Shown here in pieces: positions 40,697-49,951 of a stretch of DNA of 64,000 nt; the stretch's first letter is position 1, and each line of letters starts with the position of its first letter. Below the pieces are notes generated by a model. It ran no database searches. It was not told the DNA's origin and saw only the letters and a list, made by a program, of their open reading frames with translations. The DNA comes from Acidobacteriota bacterium (GTDB lineage: Bacteria > Acidobacteriota > Thermoanaerobaculia > Gp7-AA8). The stretch is from positions 14,053-78,052 of the forward strand of contig JACPDH010000038.1 of assembly GCA_016184115.1 (NCBI GenBank). The letters are read 5' to 3'. Both the position numbers and the translations under genes were made by a program.

Positions 40697-42264
40697 AGGC
40701 AACCATTGAATCGCTGTTCGTCGCACTGACGATCTCCATCATTCTTCCTGCGGCGCTTTACGCCGAGGAGGCGTCAGCTCCAGCGCGCGCAATGAATCTT
40801 CGCGACGCGATCGACAGCGCGCTCGAGAGGAATGAGAACATCATCATCGAGCGCGAATCGCTCGACTCCGCGATCTTCGCGATCGACGGAGCCAGGGGGG
40901 CGTACGATCCGCTGCTGAGGCTCGATCTCGCGTGGCGGTCGGCGACCACGCCGGTCAATTCGAGCTTCTCGGGGGCGCCTGAAGGCGAGCTGGCCCCCGA
41001 GAACGAGACGACCGAAGCGGGTGCATCGCTCAGTCAACTCCTCGGCACGGGCGGATCGGTCTCGGTACTCGCCGGCTCGTCGAGAGCGACGACGGACGGC
41101 GAGTTCGCCTTCCTCTCTCCCGCGTACGAAGCGCGGTTTGGCGTCGAGCTCCGGCAGCCGCTGCTTCGCGATCGGACGATCGATTCCGCGCGCCTTTCGG
41201 TGCGGGCCTCGCAGGCCGACCGCGATCGCGCTGAAGGAGCGTTGCGCCGCGAAGTCTCCCAGACGATTGCCGACGTCGAGCGGGCGTACTGGATCTTCGT
41301 CGCGACGCGGCGTGCAATCACGGTGCAGGAGGACGCGGTTGCGCTCGCATCGAAGCAGCTCGATGACACGATGAGTCGCATCGAGAGCGGCGTCGCTCCC
41401 GAGACCGAGGCGGCGCAGCCGCGTGCCGAGCTCGAGCGTCGCCGAGGCGACCTGCTCGCGACGAAAGAGGCTGCGGCTCGCGCCGAGACGGCACTCAAGC
41501 GGCTGATCCTCGGAGACGACACGAGTGCCTGGTCCGAACGGCTCGAGCCGGTCGAAGACATCACGGTCGAGGTCCAGCCGATCGACGCGGCGTCGGAGAT
41601 GGACCGTGCCCTCGCGTCGCGCCCGGAGCTCGATGTCGTCGACGGCACGATCGCGCGCCGAAAGCTGGAGTCCGACTTTGCGGACGACCGCATCCGGCCC
41701 GCGCTCGATCTCGTATTGTCGTACGACCGTTTCGGCCTCGCGGGCTCGCCTAACGCAGCAGGTTCCGGGATCCCGGGCCTTCCGGGCGACGTGCCTGCCG
41801 ATCTCGAAGGGAACGTCGGTGACGCGTTCGGACAGCTCACCGACGGCGATTTCGACGACGCGCGGGTGGCTCTGCAGTTGAGCGTTCCGATCGGGAACCG
41901 CTCCGCACGCGCCGGCGCCGAGATCGCACGCAACGCGCTCGCGCAGGCTGAAGCCGAGCGGACCCGGGTTCGCAAGGCGATCCGCGCGGAAGTGCTCGAT
42001 GCGGTGGCCGCGACGGAGACTGCCGGTGCGCGCATTGACGCGGCGCGCGCCGCGCGCGAAGCCGCCGAGGTCCAGCTCATGGCGGAGAAGGAGCGCTACG
42101 ACGCCGGCCTTTCCATCACATTTCTCGTTCTTACGCGCCAGAACGATCTCGCGGCCGCGCGGCTCGCGGAGATCAGGGCGCTCACCGATTACCGCACTGC
42201 GCGCACTGAGCTCGCCCGGGCGACCGGGTCGCTGCTGCAGGAGCGCGGCATCGAGCTCGAATGA
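40693..42264 (+). CDS. TolC-like outer membrane efflux protein (OEP family)
   Basis: TTG 40693 lies 5 nt after GGGAGGA. Signal peptide KATIESLFVALTISIILPAALYAEEA. Two OEP repeats with coiled-coil LxxAxxxxxxA patterns. The track start at 40588 is rejected because it would overlap the preceding ORF without a signal peptide. Confidence 0.75.
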   Translation: MKATIESLFVALTISIILPAALYAEEASAPARAMNLRDAIDSALERNENIIIERESLDSAIFAIDGARGAYDPLLRLDLAWRSATTPVNSSFSGAPEGELAPENETTEAGASLSQLLGTGGSVSVLAGSSRATTDGEFAFLSPAYEARFGVELRQPLLRDRTIDSARLSVRASQADRDRAEGALRREVSQTIADVERAYWIFVATRRAITVQEDAVALASKQLDDTMSRIESGVAPETEAAQPRAELERRRGDLLATKEAAARAETALKRLILGDDTSAWSERLEPVEDITVEVQPIDAASEMDRALASRPELDVVDGTIARRKLESDFADDRIRPALDLVLSYDRFGLAGSPNAAGSGIPGLPGDVPADLEGNVGDAFGQLTDGDFDDARVALQLSVPIGNRSARAGAEIARNALAQAEAERTRVRKAIRAEVLDAVAATETAGARIDAARAAREAAEVQLMAEKERYDAGLSITFLVLTRQNDLAAARLAEIRALTDYRTARTELARATGSLLQERGIELE

Positions 42265-42297
42265 CTGCAGTCCCTTTCGTGAAATAGGAGCCCCCTC

Positions 42298-43437
42298 ATG
42301 GCAAAGAGAATGATCGTGATGCTCGCCGTCGTCGTCGTCGTGCTCACCGCACTCGGCACGTTGAAATACCAGCAGGTCCAGGCCGCCATCGCGCAGGGTG
42401 CCGCGTTCCAGCCTCCTCCGGAAGCGATCACGACGATGGTCGTGACGGAAGAGGCGTGGAGCTCGACGCTCGGCGCAATCGGCACGGCGACCGCCGTGAA
42501 CGGAGTGACGGTCGCGGCCGACCTTCCCGGGATCGTCGAGAAGATCGCATTCGAATCGGGGCGTACGGTCCAGAAGGACGACGTGCTCGTCAGGCTCGAC
42601 AGCCGGCAGGAGCAGGCGCAACTGAAAGCTGCCAGAGCGCAGCGCGATCGCGCGACGCTGCAACTCGATCGAATCGAAGGTCTGCGACAGAAAAAGGTCT
42701 CGTCGCAGTCCGAGCTCGACGACGCGCGCACGGCCTTCACTCAGGCTGACGCGCGGGTTGGAGAGATCGAAGCGACGATCGCCCGCAAGACGATTCGCGC
42801 TCCCTTCACCGGGATCCTCGGCATCCGGCAGATCAACCTCGGTCAGTACCTCTCGGCGGGCGACGCGATCGTGTCGCTTCAGGCGCTTCAGCCGATCTAC
42901 GTCGACTTCGCGGTTCCGCAGCAGCAGGTGAGGAGTCTCCACCCGGGCACCACGGTGACCGTGACGCCTGACAGGGCCGCCGCAGGGCCTGCGGGGAAGC
43001 CGCGGTCGGGCCGAGTGACCGCGATCGACTCGCTCGTCGATTCCGCGACGCGAAACGTGCGCGTCCGCGCCGAGTTCGACAATCGTGACGCCACGCTGCG
43101 TCCCGGCATGTTCGTCGAGGCGAAGGTCGACCTCGGTGCGACGAGCTCGATCGTCACCGTGCCCGCCACGGCGATCAACTACGCCCCGTTCGGCGACTCG
43201 GTGTTCGTCGTCGAACAGATCGCCAAGCCTAACGGAGTGAAGTACCTCGGCGTTCGGCAGCAGTTCGTCAAGCTGGGCGGCTCGCGCGGCGACCAGGTGG
43301 CGGTGCTCTCGGGCATCAAGCCAGGCGAACAGGTCGCAACCTCGGGTGTCTTCAAGCTCTTCAACGGTACCGCCGTCATCGTCAACAACGACGTCCAGCC
43401 GGGCAACGACCCGACGCCGAAGCCGGAGAACTCATGA
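42298..43437 (+). CDS. RND efflux periplasmic adaptor (membrane fusion protein, AcrA/HlyD family)
   Basis: N-terminal anchor IVMLAVVVVVLTAL. Lipoyl/beta-barrel motifs DVLVRLDSRQEQAQLKAARA...IRAPFTGILGIRQIN. The stop overlaps the RND pump start (ATGA). Confidence 0.85.
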   Translation: MAKRMIVMLAVVVVVLTALGTLKYQQVQAAIAQGAAFQPPPEAITTMVVTEEAWSSTLGAIGTATAVNGVTVAADLPGIVEKIAFESGRTVQKDDVLVRLDSRQEQAQLKAARAQRDRATLQLDRIEGLRQKKVSSQSELDDARTAFTQADARVGEIEATIARKTIRAPFTGILGIRQINLGQYLSAGDAIVSLQALQPIYVDFAVPQQQVRSLHPGTTVTVTPDRAAAGPAGKPRSGRVTAIDSLVDSATRNVRVRAEFDNRDATLRPGMFVEAKVDLGATSSIVTVPATAINYAPFGDSVFVVEQIAKPNGVKYLGVRQQFVKLGGSRGDQVAVLSGIKPGEQVATSGVFKLFNGTAVIVNNDVQPGNDPTPKPENS

Positions 43438-46400
43438 AACTCACAGACATCTTCATCAAGCGACCGGTTCTCGCGATCGTCGTCAACCTGCTGATCCTGA
43501 TTGCCGGCGTACAGGCCGTACGATCACTGTCCGTCCGTCAGTATCCGCAAAGCGACATCGCGGTGGTGAGAGTGACGACGGCGTACGTCGGCGCGAACGC
43601 CGACCTCGTGCGAGGCTTCATCACCACGCCGCTGGAGCGCGTGATCGCGAGTGCGGACGGCATCGACTACGTCGAGTCGTCAAGTGCCCAGGGCGTGTCG
43701 ACGATTACCGTTCACCTCAAGCTCAACTACGACACCAACGCGGCGCTGACGCAGATTCAGGCCAAGGTCGCGCAGGTTCGAAACGATCTACCACCCGAGG
43801 CCGAAGCTCCGATCATCGAGCTCGAGACGGCGGACAACCAGTTCGCGGCGATGTACATCGGCTTCTCGTCGAAGGACCTCGATCAGAATGAGATCTCCGA
43901 CTACCTGACGCGCGTGGTCCAGCCGAAGCTGAGCGCGATCAGCGGTGTGCAGCGCGCCGAGATTCTCGGCGGCCGGACCTTCGCGATGCGCATCTGGCTC
44001 GCGCCCGAGACGATGGCGGCGCGAGGAATCTCTCCTTCGGACGTCCGCCAGGCGCTAGCGCAGAACAACTATCTCTCCGCCCTCGGGAAGACGAAGGGCT
44101 CGATGGTCTCGGTGAATCTCGTGGCGAACACTGATCTCCGGACGGCCGAGGAGTTCCGCGACCTCGTCGTGAAGGAGAAGGACGGCGACGTCGTGAGGCT
44201 CGGAGAGATCGCCGACGTCGTCCTCGGGGCCGAAAGTTACGACTCCGAGGTTCGCTTCAGCGGAGAGACTGCGACCTTCATGGGCATCTGGGTGCTTCCG
44301 ACGGCGAACTCGCTCGAGGTCATCCGCGAGGTGAAGAAGACGATTCCGGAGATCGAAGCGCAGCTTCCCGCCGGAATGAAGGTAGCCGTCGCGTACGACT
44401 CGACGAGGTACATCGAGGACGCGCTCAACGAAGTGATGAAGACGCTCACGGAGACGCTCGTCATCGTCGTTCTCGTCATCTTCCTCTTCCTCGGTTCCGT
44501 GCGTTCGGTCGTCATTCCGGTCATCGCGATTCCGATCTCGCTGATCGGCGCGGTGTTCCTGATGCTCGTCGCCGGCTTCACGATCAACCTGCTGACGCTG
44601 CTCGCGATCGTGCTCGCGGTCGGGCTCGTCGTCGACGACGCGATCGTCGTCGTCGAGAACGTCGAGCGACACATCCATCTCGGTGAGACGCCGTTCGGCG
44701 CGGCGATCCTCGCGGCGCGCGAGCTCGCCGGCCCGATCGTCGCGATGACGATCACGCTCGCAGCCGTCTATGCTCCCGTGGGAATTCAAGGGGGCTTGAC
44801 TGGCTCGCTCTTCCGCGAGTTCGCGTTCACGCTCGCGGGAGCGGTCATCATTTCCGGCGTGGTCGCGCTGACGTTGTCTCCGATGATGGGCTCGAAGCTC
44901 CTCCGTGAAGGCGACACTCGAAAAGGGTTCGCCGGGATGATCAATCGCCACTTCGAGGTCGTGCAGCGGACGTACGCGAGCCTTCTGTCGCGGACGCTCG
45001 ACTACCGGCCGGTCGTGCTCGTGCTCTGGGGAATCGTCGCGCTGCTCATCGTGCCGTTCTACCTCTTCTCCGCGAGAGAGCTGGCGCCTAACGAGGACCA
45101 GGGGGTCGTGTTCGGGATCGTTCAGGCCTCGGCGAACTCCACGCTCGACCAGACGTCGCTCTACGCGCACGAGGTCAATGATGCATTCCAGTCGTTCCCC
45201 GAGACCGAGCGGACGTTTCAGCTCACGTTTCCGAATGGCGGTTTCAGCGGCATGATCACGAAGCCGTGGAGCGAGCGGGAGAAGTCGACCGCGGAGCTCC
45301 AGGTGGAGCTCGGGCAGAAAGTCTCGAAGATTCCGGGCGTCCGCGTCATTCCGCTCGTGCCGCCATCGCTGCCGGGTGGCGGCGACTTCCCGGTCGACTT
45401 CGTCATCGCGTCGACGCGCGAGCCCGAAGAGCTGCTTCAGGTGGCGAACCAGCTGGTGCAGAAGGCCTTCGCGAGCGGACTCTTCATGTTCGCCGATGCG
45501 GACTTGAAATTCGACCAGCCACAGACCGAAGTGGTCTTCGACCGGGACAAAGTGCGCTCGCAGGGGGTCGACCTCGCGGAGGCGGGTCGCGACCTCTCGA
45601 CACTGCTGAGCGGGAACTACGTCAACCGGTTCAGTATCCAGGGACGGAGCTACAAGGTGATTCCGCAGCTGAGCCGGGCGGAGCGGCTGACGCCCGATCA
45701 GCTGGAGGAGATCCACGTCACCGGGCCTAACGGTCAGCTCGTCCCGCTGTCGACGTTTGCGACGCTGAAGACGACGACCGAGCCGCGCGAGCTGAAGCGT
45801 TTCCAGCAGCTCAACGCGGTACGGATCCAGGGCGTCATCCCTCCCGGGGTGTCACTCGACCAGGCGCTTCGCTTCCTCGAGGACGAGGGGGCGAAGCTCA
45901 TGCCTCCCGGATTCACGGTCGATTACGCGGGCGAGTCTCGGCAGCTCCGAGTGGAGGGAAGCAAGTTCCTGTCGACCTTCCTGCTGTCGGCGATCCTGAT
46001 CTACCTGGTGCTCGCTGCGCAGTTCGAGAGCTTCCGCGACCCGTTCATCATCCTGGCGGGCTCGGTGCCGCTCGCGCTCGCCGGCTCGCTCGCCTTCTCG
46101 TTCCTCGGGATGACGACGTTGAACATCTACAGCCAGGTCGGCCTCATTACGCTCGTCGGCCTCGTTGCGAAGAACGGAATTCTGATGGTGGAGTTCGCCA
46201 ACGAGCTGCAGAAGACCGGAATGGCGAAGCTCGCGGCGATCATCGAAGCGTCGAGGGTGAGGCTGCGGCCGATCCTCATGACGACGGCGGCGACAGTCGT
46301 CGGGCATACGCCGCTCATCCTTGCGTCGGGTCCGGGCGCCGGGGCGCGCAACTCGATCGGCATCATGCTCGTTTCGGGGATGATCGTCGGCACCGCCTTC

Positions 46401-46514
46401 ACTCTCTTCGTCGTGCCCTCGATCTACATGCTCGTCGCGAAGACGCGTAAGGCCGGTGCCGAGGAAGATGCTGGTGAGGCGGCGCCGTCGGGCCTTGTGG
46501 AGGTGGCGGGCTGA
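43434..46514 (+). CDS. RND family efflux transporter permease (HAE1/AcrB-like, 1026 aa)
   Basis: MKLTDIFIKRPVLAIVVNLLILIAG N-terminus. Twelve TM segments and two large periplasmic loops. Conserved AcrB blocks (VGLVVDDAIVVVEN, ...). Confidence 0.9.
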   Translation: MKLTDIFIKRPVLAIVVNLLILIAGVQAVRSLSVRQYPQSDIAVVRVTTAYVGANADLVRGFITTPLERVIASADGIDYVESSSAQGVSTITVHLKLNYDTNAALTQIQAKVAQVRNDLPPEAEAPIIELETADNQFAAMYIGFSSKDLDQNEISDYLTRVVQPKLSAISGVQRAEILGGRTFAMRIWLAPETMAARGISPSDVRQALAQNNYLSALGKTKGSMVSVNLVANTDLRTAEEFRDLVVKEKDGDVVRLGEIADVVLGAESYDSEVRFSGETATFMGIWVLPTANSLEVIREVKKTIPEIEAQLPAGMKVAVAYDSTRYIEDALNEVMKTLTETLVIVVLVIFLFLGSVRSVVIPVIAIPISLIGAVFLMLVAGFTINLLTLLAIVLAVGLVVDDAIVVVENVERHIHLGETPFGAAILAARELAGPIVAMTITLAAVYAPVGIQGGLTGSLFREFAFTLAGAVIISGVVALTLSPMMGSKLLREGDTRKGFAGMINRHFEVVQRTYASLLSRTLDYRPVVLVLWGIVALLIVPFYLFSARELAPNEDQGVVFGIVQASANSTLDQTSLYAHEVNDAFQSFPETERTFQLTFPNGGFSGMITKPWSEREKSTAELQVELGQKVSKIPGVRVIPLVPPSLPGGGDFPVDFVIASTREPEELLQVANQLVQKAFASGLFMFADADLKFDQPQTEVVFDRDKVRSQGVDLAEAGRDLSTLLSGNYVNRFSIQGRSYKVIPQLSRAERLTPDQLEEIHVTGPNGQLVPLSTFATLKTTTEPRELKRFQQLNAVRIQGVIPPGVSLDQALRFLEDEGAKLMPPGFTVDYAGESRQLRVEGSKFLSTFLLSAILIYLVLAAQFESFRDPFIILAGSVPLALAGSLAFSFLGMTTLNIYSQVGLITLVGLVAKNGILMVEFANELQKTGMAKLAAIIEASRVRLRPILMTTAATVVGHTPLILASGPGAGARNSIGIMLVSGMIVGTAFTLFVVPSIYMLVAKTRKAGAEEDAGEAAPSGLVEVAG

Positions 46515-46533
46515 TGCGACAGGAGTAGGTAAG

Positions 46534-46562
46534 TGCCCCGTTCACGTTTAGCGAACGGGGCA
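46534..46562. terminator. bidirectional terminator-like hairpin TGCCCCGTTC-ACGTTTAGC-GAACGGGGCA between convergent RND and ABM genes
   Basis: 10-bp stem read directly. Lies between the stops of the convergent genes at 46514 and 46574. Confidence 0.5.
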
Positions 46563-46573
46563 CTCGGGGTGTA

Positions 46574-46945
46574 CTACCGGGTGACTCCCGCCGAGGAATG
46601 CATCACGACCGGGCCGAAGGGTGCGGCAGCCTCCTGCACGTCATGGCTCGGAGAGCCGTAGAAGGTGAAGCGCGTGGGCGTGAGTACGTCGAGAAAGCGC
46701 GCGGCGAACTTCGCGTCGAACGTGCGGCAGTGGATCATCGCCGCGTCGGACGAAGCGTAGCGCTCGTAGAGATGGCAGACGCGACCGTCGCCGGTGAAGC
46801 TCCACTCGTAGTTCAGCGTGCCCGGCTCATTCGCCTCCGTCGCGTCGACCATTTCATGCATCAATTCGCGAACGTCGTTCTCGCGTCCTTGCCGGACGTC
46901 CATCTCGAGCAACCATGCACACCAGGTCATCGGGTTCTCTCCCAT
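46574..46945 (-). CDS. antibiotic-biosynthesis-monooxygenase (ABM / Dabb) family protein
   Basis: MGENPMTWCAWLLEMDVRQGRENDVRELMHEMV...NYEWSF...HLYERYASSDAAMIHCRTFDAKF matches the ABM ferredoxin-like fold pattern. The track ORF extends 36 codons further upstream to 47053. Confidence 0.55.
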   Translation of the reverse strand: MGENPMTWCAWLLEMDVRQGRENDVRELMHEMVDATEANEPGTLNYEWSFTGDGRVCHLYERYASSDAAMIHCRTFDAKFAARFLDVLTPTRFTFYGSPSHDVQEAAAPFGPVVMHSSAGVTR

Positions 46946-47475
46946 CTCGAAGTCAGTTACTCGGCGGCATTTGCGATTGCCGATACGTCTTGCTGGCGTC
47001 TCGAACCTGGGTGATTCGAAGGCGCGTGAGTTCCGCAGAGACGTCCACATCATCGCACCGTTCGGGCCGAAGCATTGGGGATGGAGCCGCTCGTTGGTTC
47101 CTAATCGACGTCGAACTGGCTACATCAGGCGCGCATAGGCCACCTTGCCGAAGATCGTGCCGCCATTCGCTCTCGACTCGACGTACACTGATATCGTGAT
47201 CCTGGCGTTCAAGCGACAATTGGCGATCGCCGGTGTGGCGCTCTTCGTCATCGCGTTGTTCGTTCCGCTCGCGAGCGCGCCGTGCGTAGCGCTCCTCGTC
47301 GTGCAACCAACAATCGCTCCTGCGAGCGTTGCCTGCGAGCGCACCTGGATACGCCGTCCCCGGCAAGCCGCAGCCCGGGACGCGGCGGCACCGCGCGCTC
47401 CGCGCGCCCCTCCCGAGTCTCCCTCCGCCTAACCGTTTCTCGTTCCCGACCGCACACGAGGTTCCGGAGGCATTC

Positions 47476-47646
47476 GTGTCCATTGCCACGAGTCTGGCGG
47501 AAGCACTGCTCCTGCTCGCCCTCGAAGTCGCAACCCTTGCTGGCGCTCCAGTTACGCCGAAGCAGGTGGAAGAGGTTCTGCGAAATTCGAATCGAGCCGA
47601 AATTGCAGAAGTTCAGCGGAACGAGGGAGGCGACGACGAGGATTGA
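47476..47646 (+). CDS. candidate 56-aa small protein (hydrophobic N-terminus, acidic C-terminus)
   Basis: GTG 47476 lies 5 nt after GGAGG. VSIATSLAEALLLLALEVATLAGAP...NEGGDDED. Lies in an otherwise gene-poor 730-bp spacer. Confidence 0.25.
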   Translation: MSIATSLAEALLLLALEVATLAGAPVTPKQVEEVLRNSNRAEIAEVQRNEGGDDED

Positions 47647-47786
47647 CGCAGACCGTTGCTTCCACGCCCGCTTCACGAACGTCTCGAGCTCGCTCCTCGA
47701 GCGCAGCCAACGCGTGCGCGAGAGCCTGGAGATTCAGGGAGCACTACACTAGAATCACCGTGCCGGTACTCGATTAGGAGAAGCTC

Positions 47787-49949
47787 ATGTCGTTCGTGAT
47801 TGTCGCCGTGGCGCTCGCCATGGCTACCGGCGCTCCCGTCCTCGCTTCCTCGCAATCACGTGCTGCCGATTCTTCATGGGATGAGACCGTTGCACGGGCG
47901 ATGGCCGAAGCGAAGCCCATCGTTACTTTTGCGCACTTTCCCGAATGCCCTAACGGGTCGGCCTGCGAAGCGTTCATTAAACTTGCGGGACATCCGGCGA
48001 GTCAGCGGCGGCTCGCGGGTGTCATCTTTGGTACGCGAGTGCTGGACGACGGCGAGGAAGACGCTTCTGTAGCCGTACATGGACCTGACGGGACGAGGCT
48101 GATTCGCTGGACCGGGATTCCGGACGCGCTCGAGTTTTCCAAGATGCTCTCATCGATCGAGGAGGCCGTTCCCCACATCGTCACCTCGTACCGGGCGTCG
48201 CTGACCGGGTCCACGCCCGAAGCGACGCGCGAGTCGGCGCTCGCGCTGCTCGCGTTCGGATACGAACTGAGGGCGCGTCCGATCCTCGAGTCGATGCGCG
48301 ATTCGGATGATGCAGAGAATCGTCAGCTCGCGGCGATCTGGCTCGAACGGCTCGACGCCTTACGAGCGAAACGACTGCCTGCCGAGGCGCTCCTTGAAGA
48401 ACTGGCGCGTGATGGGAGCAGCCAACGCGTGCGTTTCGAAGCGCTCATGGCGACGGGAGAGGTTCGTCTCGCCACAGGACGAATCGACGACGCCGTAGTG
48501 AGCTTCAGCCAGGCGTTCGAGCTCAGTTCCGATCCTTCTCGCGAGCGACAGCTCGCGTACGATGCGAGGCTGCGGGCCGAGCAGGCGGCGTCCCCACTGC
48601 GAGGTCTCGGTGGCTCTGGAGCGGTCGTGACCGGCCGCCGGACGTTCTGGCCGCGCTCCGTTCCGAGTCACACCGCTCGCGTCGAATATCGTCTCGACGG
48701 GCGACTGATCGCGACCTCGACGACGGCTCCATTCGCCGCATCGTTCGGTTTCGGCCGGCTCCCCAGGCGTCATGAGCTGCGGGTGACTGCGAGAGATAAG
48801 CACGGCGCGTCACTACGCGTAACGAGTGTCGTGGTGAACGATCGAGTCGATGCATTCTCGGTGCGGATCGTCGAGCCTTCGAGCGCGACATTGTCGGGTA
48901 CGGTTGACGTCGTCGTTGCCGTAAGCGTGCCCCACGGACTTCGAGTCGATCGCGTCGTCGTCGAGTGGAATGGAGAGCGCGTCGCGAAGCTGCACGCTCC
49001 TCCTTATCACGCGCGGGTCACGATCAAGCCGCAGGAACAAGGTGTCCTTCGCGCTGCTGTGGGTTTGGAGGATGGAACGGAGCTCGAAGATGTCCGCCTC
49101 ATCAACGCGGAGTCGATGACGCTCGAGAGTGACGTTCACATCGTGGAGGTTCCGGTCTACTCCGGAGACGGATCGGCGTTGCGGCGCGAGACGTTGACGA
49201 TCAAAGAAAACGGGCAATCGAGACCGGTCGATCGCGTGATTCAGCCCAGCGATGCTCCGTTGTTGATCGCCCTGGTCATCGACGCGTCATTCAGCATGAC
49301 CGAGAACATGCTCGACGTGCAGGAGGCGGCGATCCGTTTCGTAGAGCAAAACATCGAGGACGAAGATCGGGTGATGGTGATCGGATTCGATACTCAGGTT
49401 CGAATTCTCTGGCCGACGCGCGATCGGTCCCTCATTCAGCGCGCCATCCTCTCGATCGAGGCGCGCGGCTACACGTCGCTCAACGACGCAATGCTCACCG
49501 CACTCCTTCAGTTGCAGGCACCGGGATGGAGGCGCGCGATGGTCGTGTTCAGCGACGGCCTCGACAACGCGAGCAAGTTCACCGCGGGAGACGTGACCGA
49601 CGTGGCGAGGAGGAGCGGTGTGCCAATCTACGTACTCAGTCTCAGGCCTGCACCCCCCGTCGGCGTGCCGGGGCTCGCGAAGAAGAGCGCACACTGGATT
49701 TTTGCCGCGAGAACCGAGCTCATGAGGATTGCCGGGAGCACGGGAGGCAAAGCCTGGGACATGACGTCGCTCGCGAGACTGGAGTCGATCTGGAACGAGA
49801 TTGGTGACGACCTCCAGCGACAATACCTCGTCGCGTATCAGCCGGCCTCGAGTGAGAAGGAATGGCGCTCGATCGAGATCCTCGATGGCGGGAAGCGTCT
49901 GCGAGCGCCGTCAGGGCTCGCCGTCGCGCCGGAGCAGCCGGCGCAGTAG
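47787..49949 (+). CDS. VWA (von Willebrand factor A) domain-containing secreted protein, Acidobacteria-type
   Basis: Signal peptide VIVAVALAMATGAPVLA. C-terminal VWA with MIDAS LIALVIDASFSMTE, TSLNDAM and VVFSDGLDN. Confidence 0.65.
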   Translation: MSFVIVAVALAMATGAPVLASSQSRAADSSWDETVARAMAEAKPIVTFAHFPECPNGSACEAFIKLAGHPASQRRLAGVIFGTRVLDDGEEDASVAVHGPDGTRLIRWTGIPDALEFSKMLSSIEEAVPHIVTSYRASLTGSTPEATRESALALLAFGYELRARPILESMRDSDDAENRQLAAIWLERLDALRAKRLPAEALLEELARDGSSQRVRFEALMATGEVRLATGRIDDAVVSFSQAFELSSDPSRERQLAYDARLRAEQAASPLRGLGGSGAVVTGRRTFWPRSVPSHTARVEYRLDGRLIATSTTAPFAASFGFGRLPRRHELRVTARDKHGASLRVTSVVVNDRVDAFSVRIVEPSSATLSGTVDVVVAVSVPHGLRVDRVVVEWNGERVAKLHAPPYHARVTIKPQEQGVLRAAVGLEDGTELEDVRLINAESMTLESDVHIVEVPVYSGDGSALRRETLTIKENGQSRPVDRVIQPSDAPLLIALVIDASFSMTENMLDVQEAAIRFVEQNIEDEDRVMVIGFDTQVRILWPTRDRSLIQRAILSIEARGYTSLNDAMLTALLQLQAPGWRRAMVVFSDGLDNASKFTAGDVTDVARRSGVPIYVLSLRPAPPVGVPGLAKKSAHWIFAARTELMRIAGSTGGKAWDMTSLARLESIWNEIGDDLQRQYLVAYQPASSEKEWRSIEILDGGKRLRAPSGLAVAPEQPAQ

Positions 49950-49951
49950 CG

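Noticed and set aside
38453-45716. Long antisense ORFs (38453..39874 -, 40774..42942 -, 44055..45716 -) opposite the sigma-54 activator, TolC/MFP and RND genes
   Set aside because: These are GC-driven shadow ORFs. The sense-strand genes have clear family motifs.
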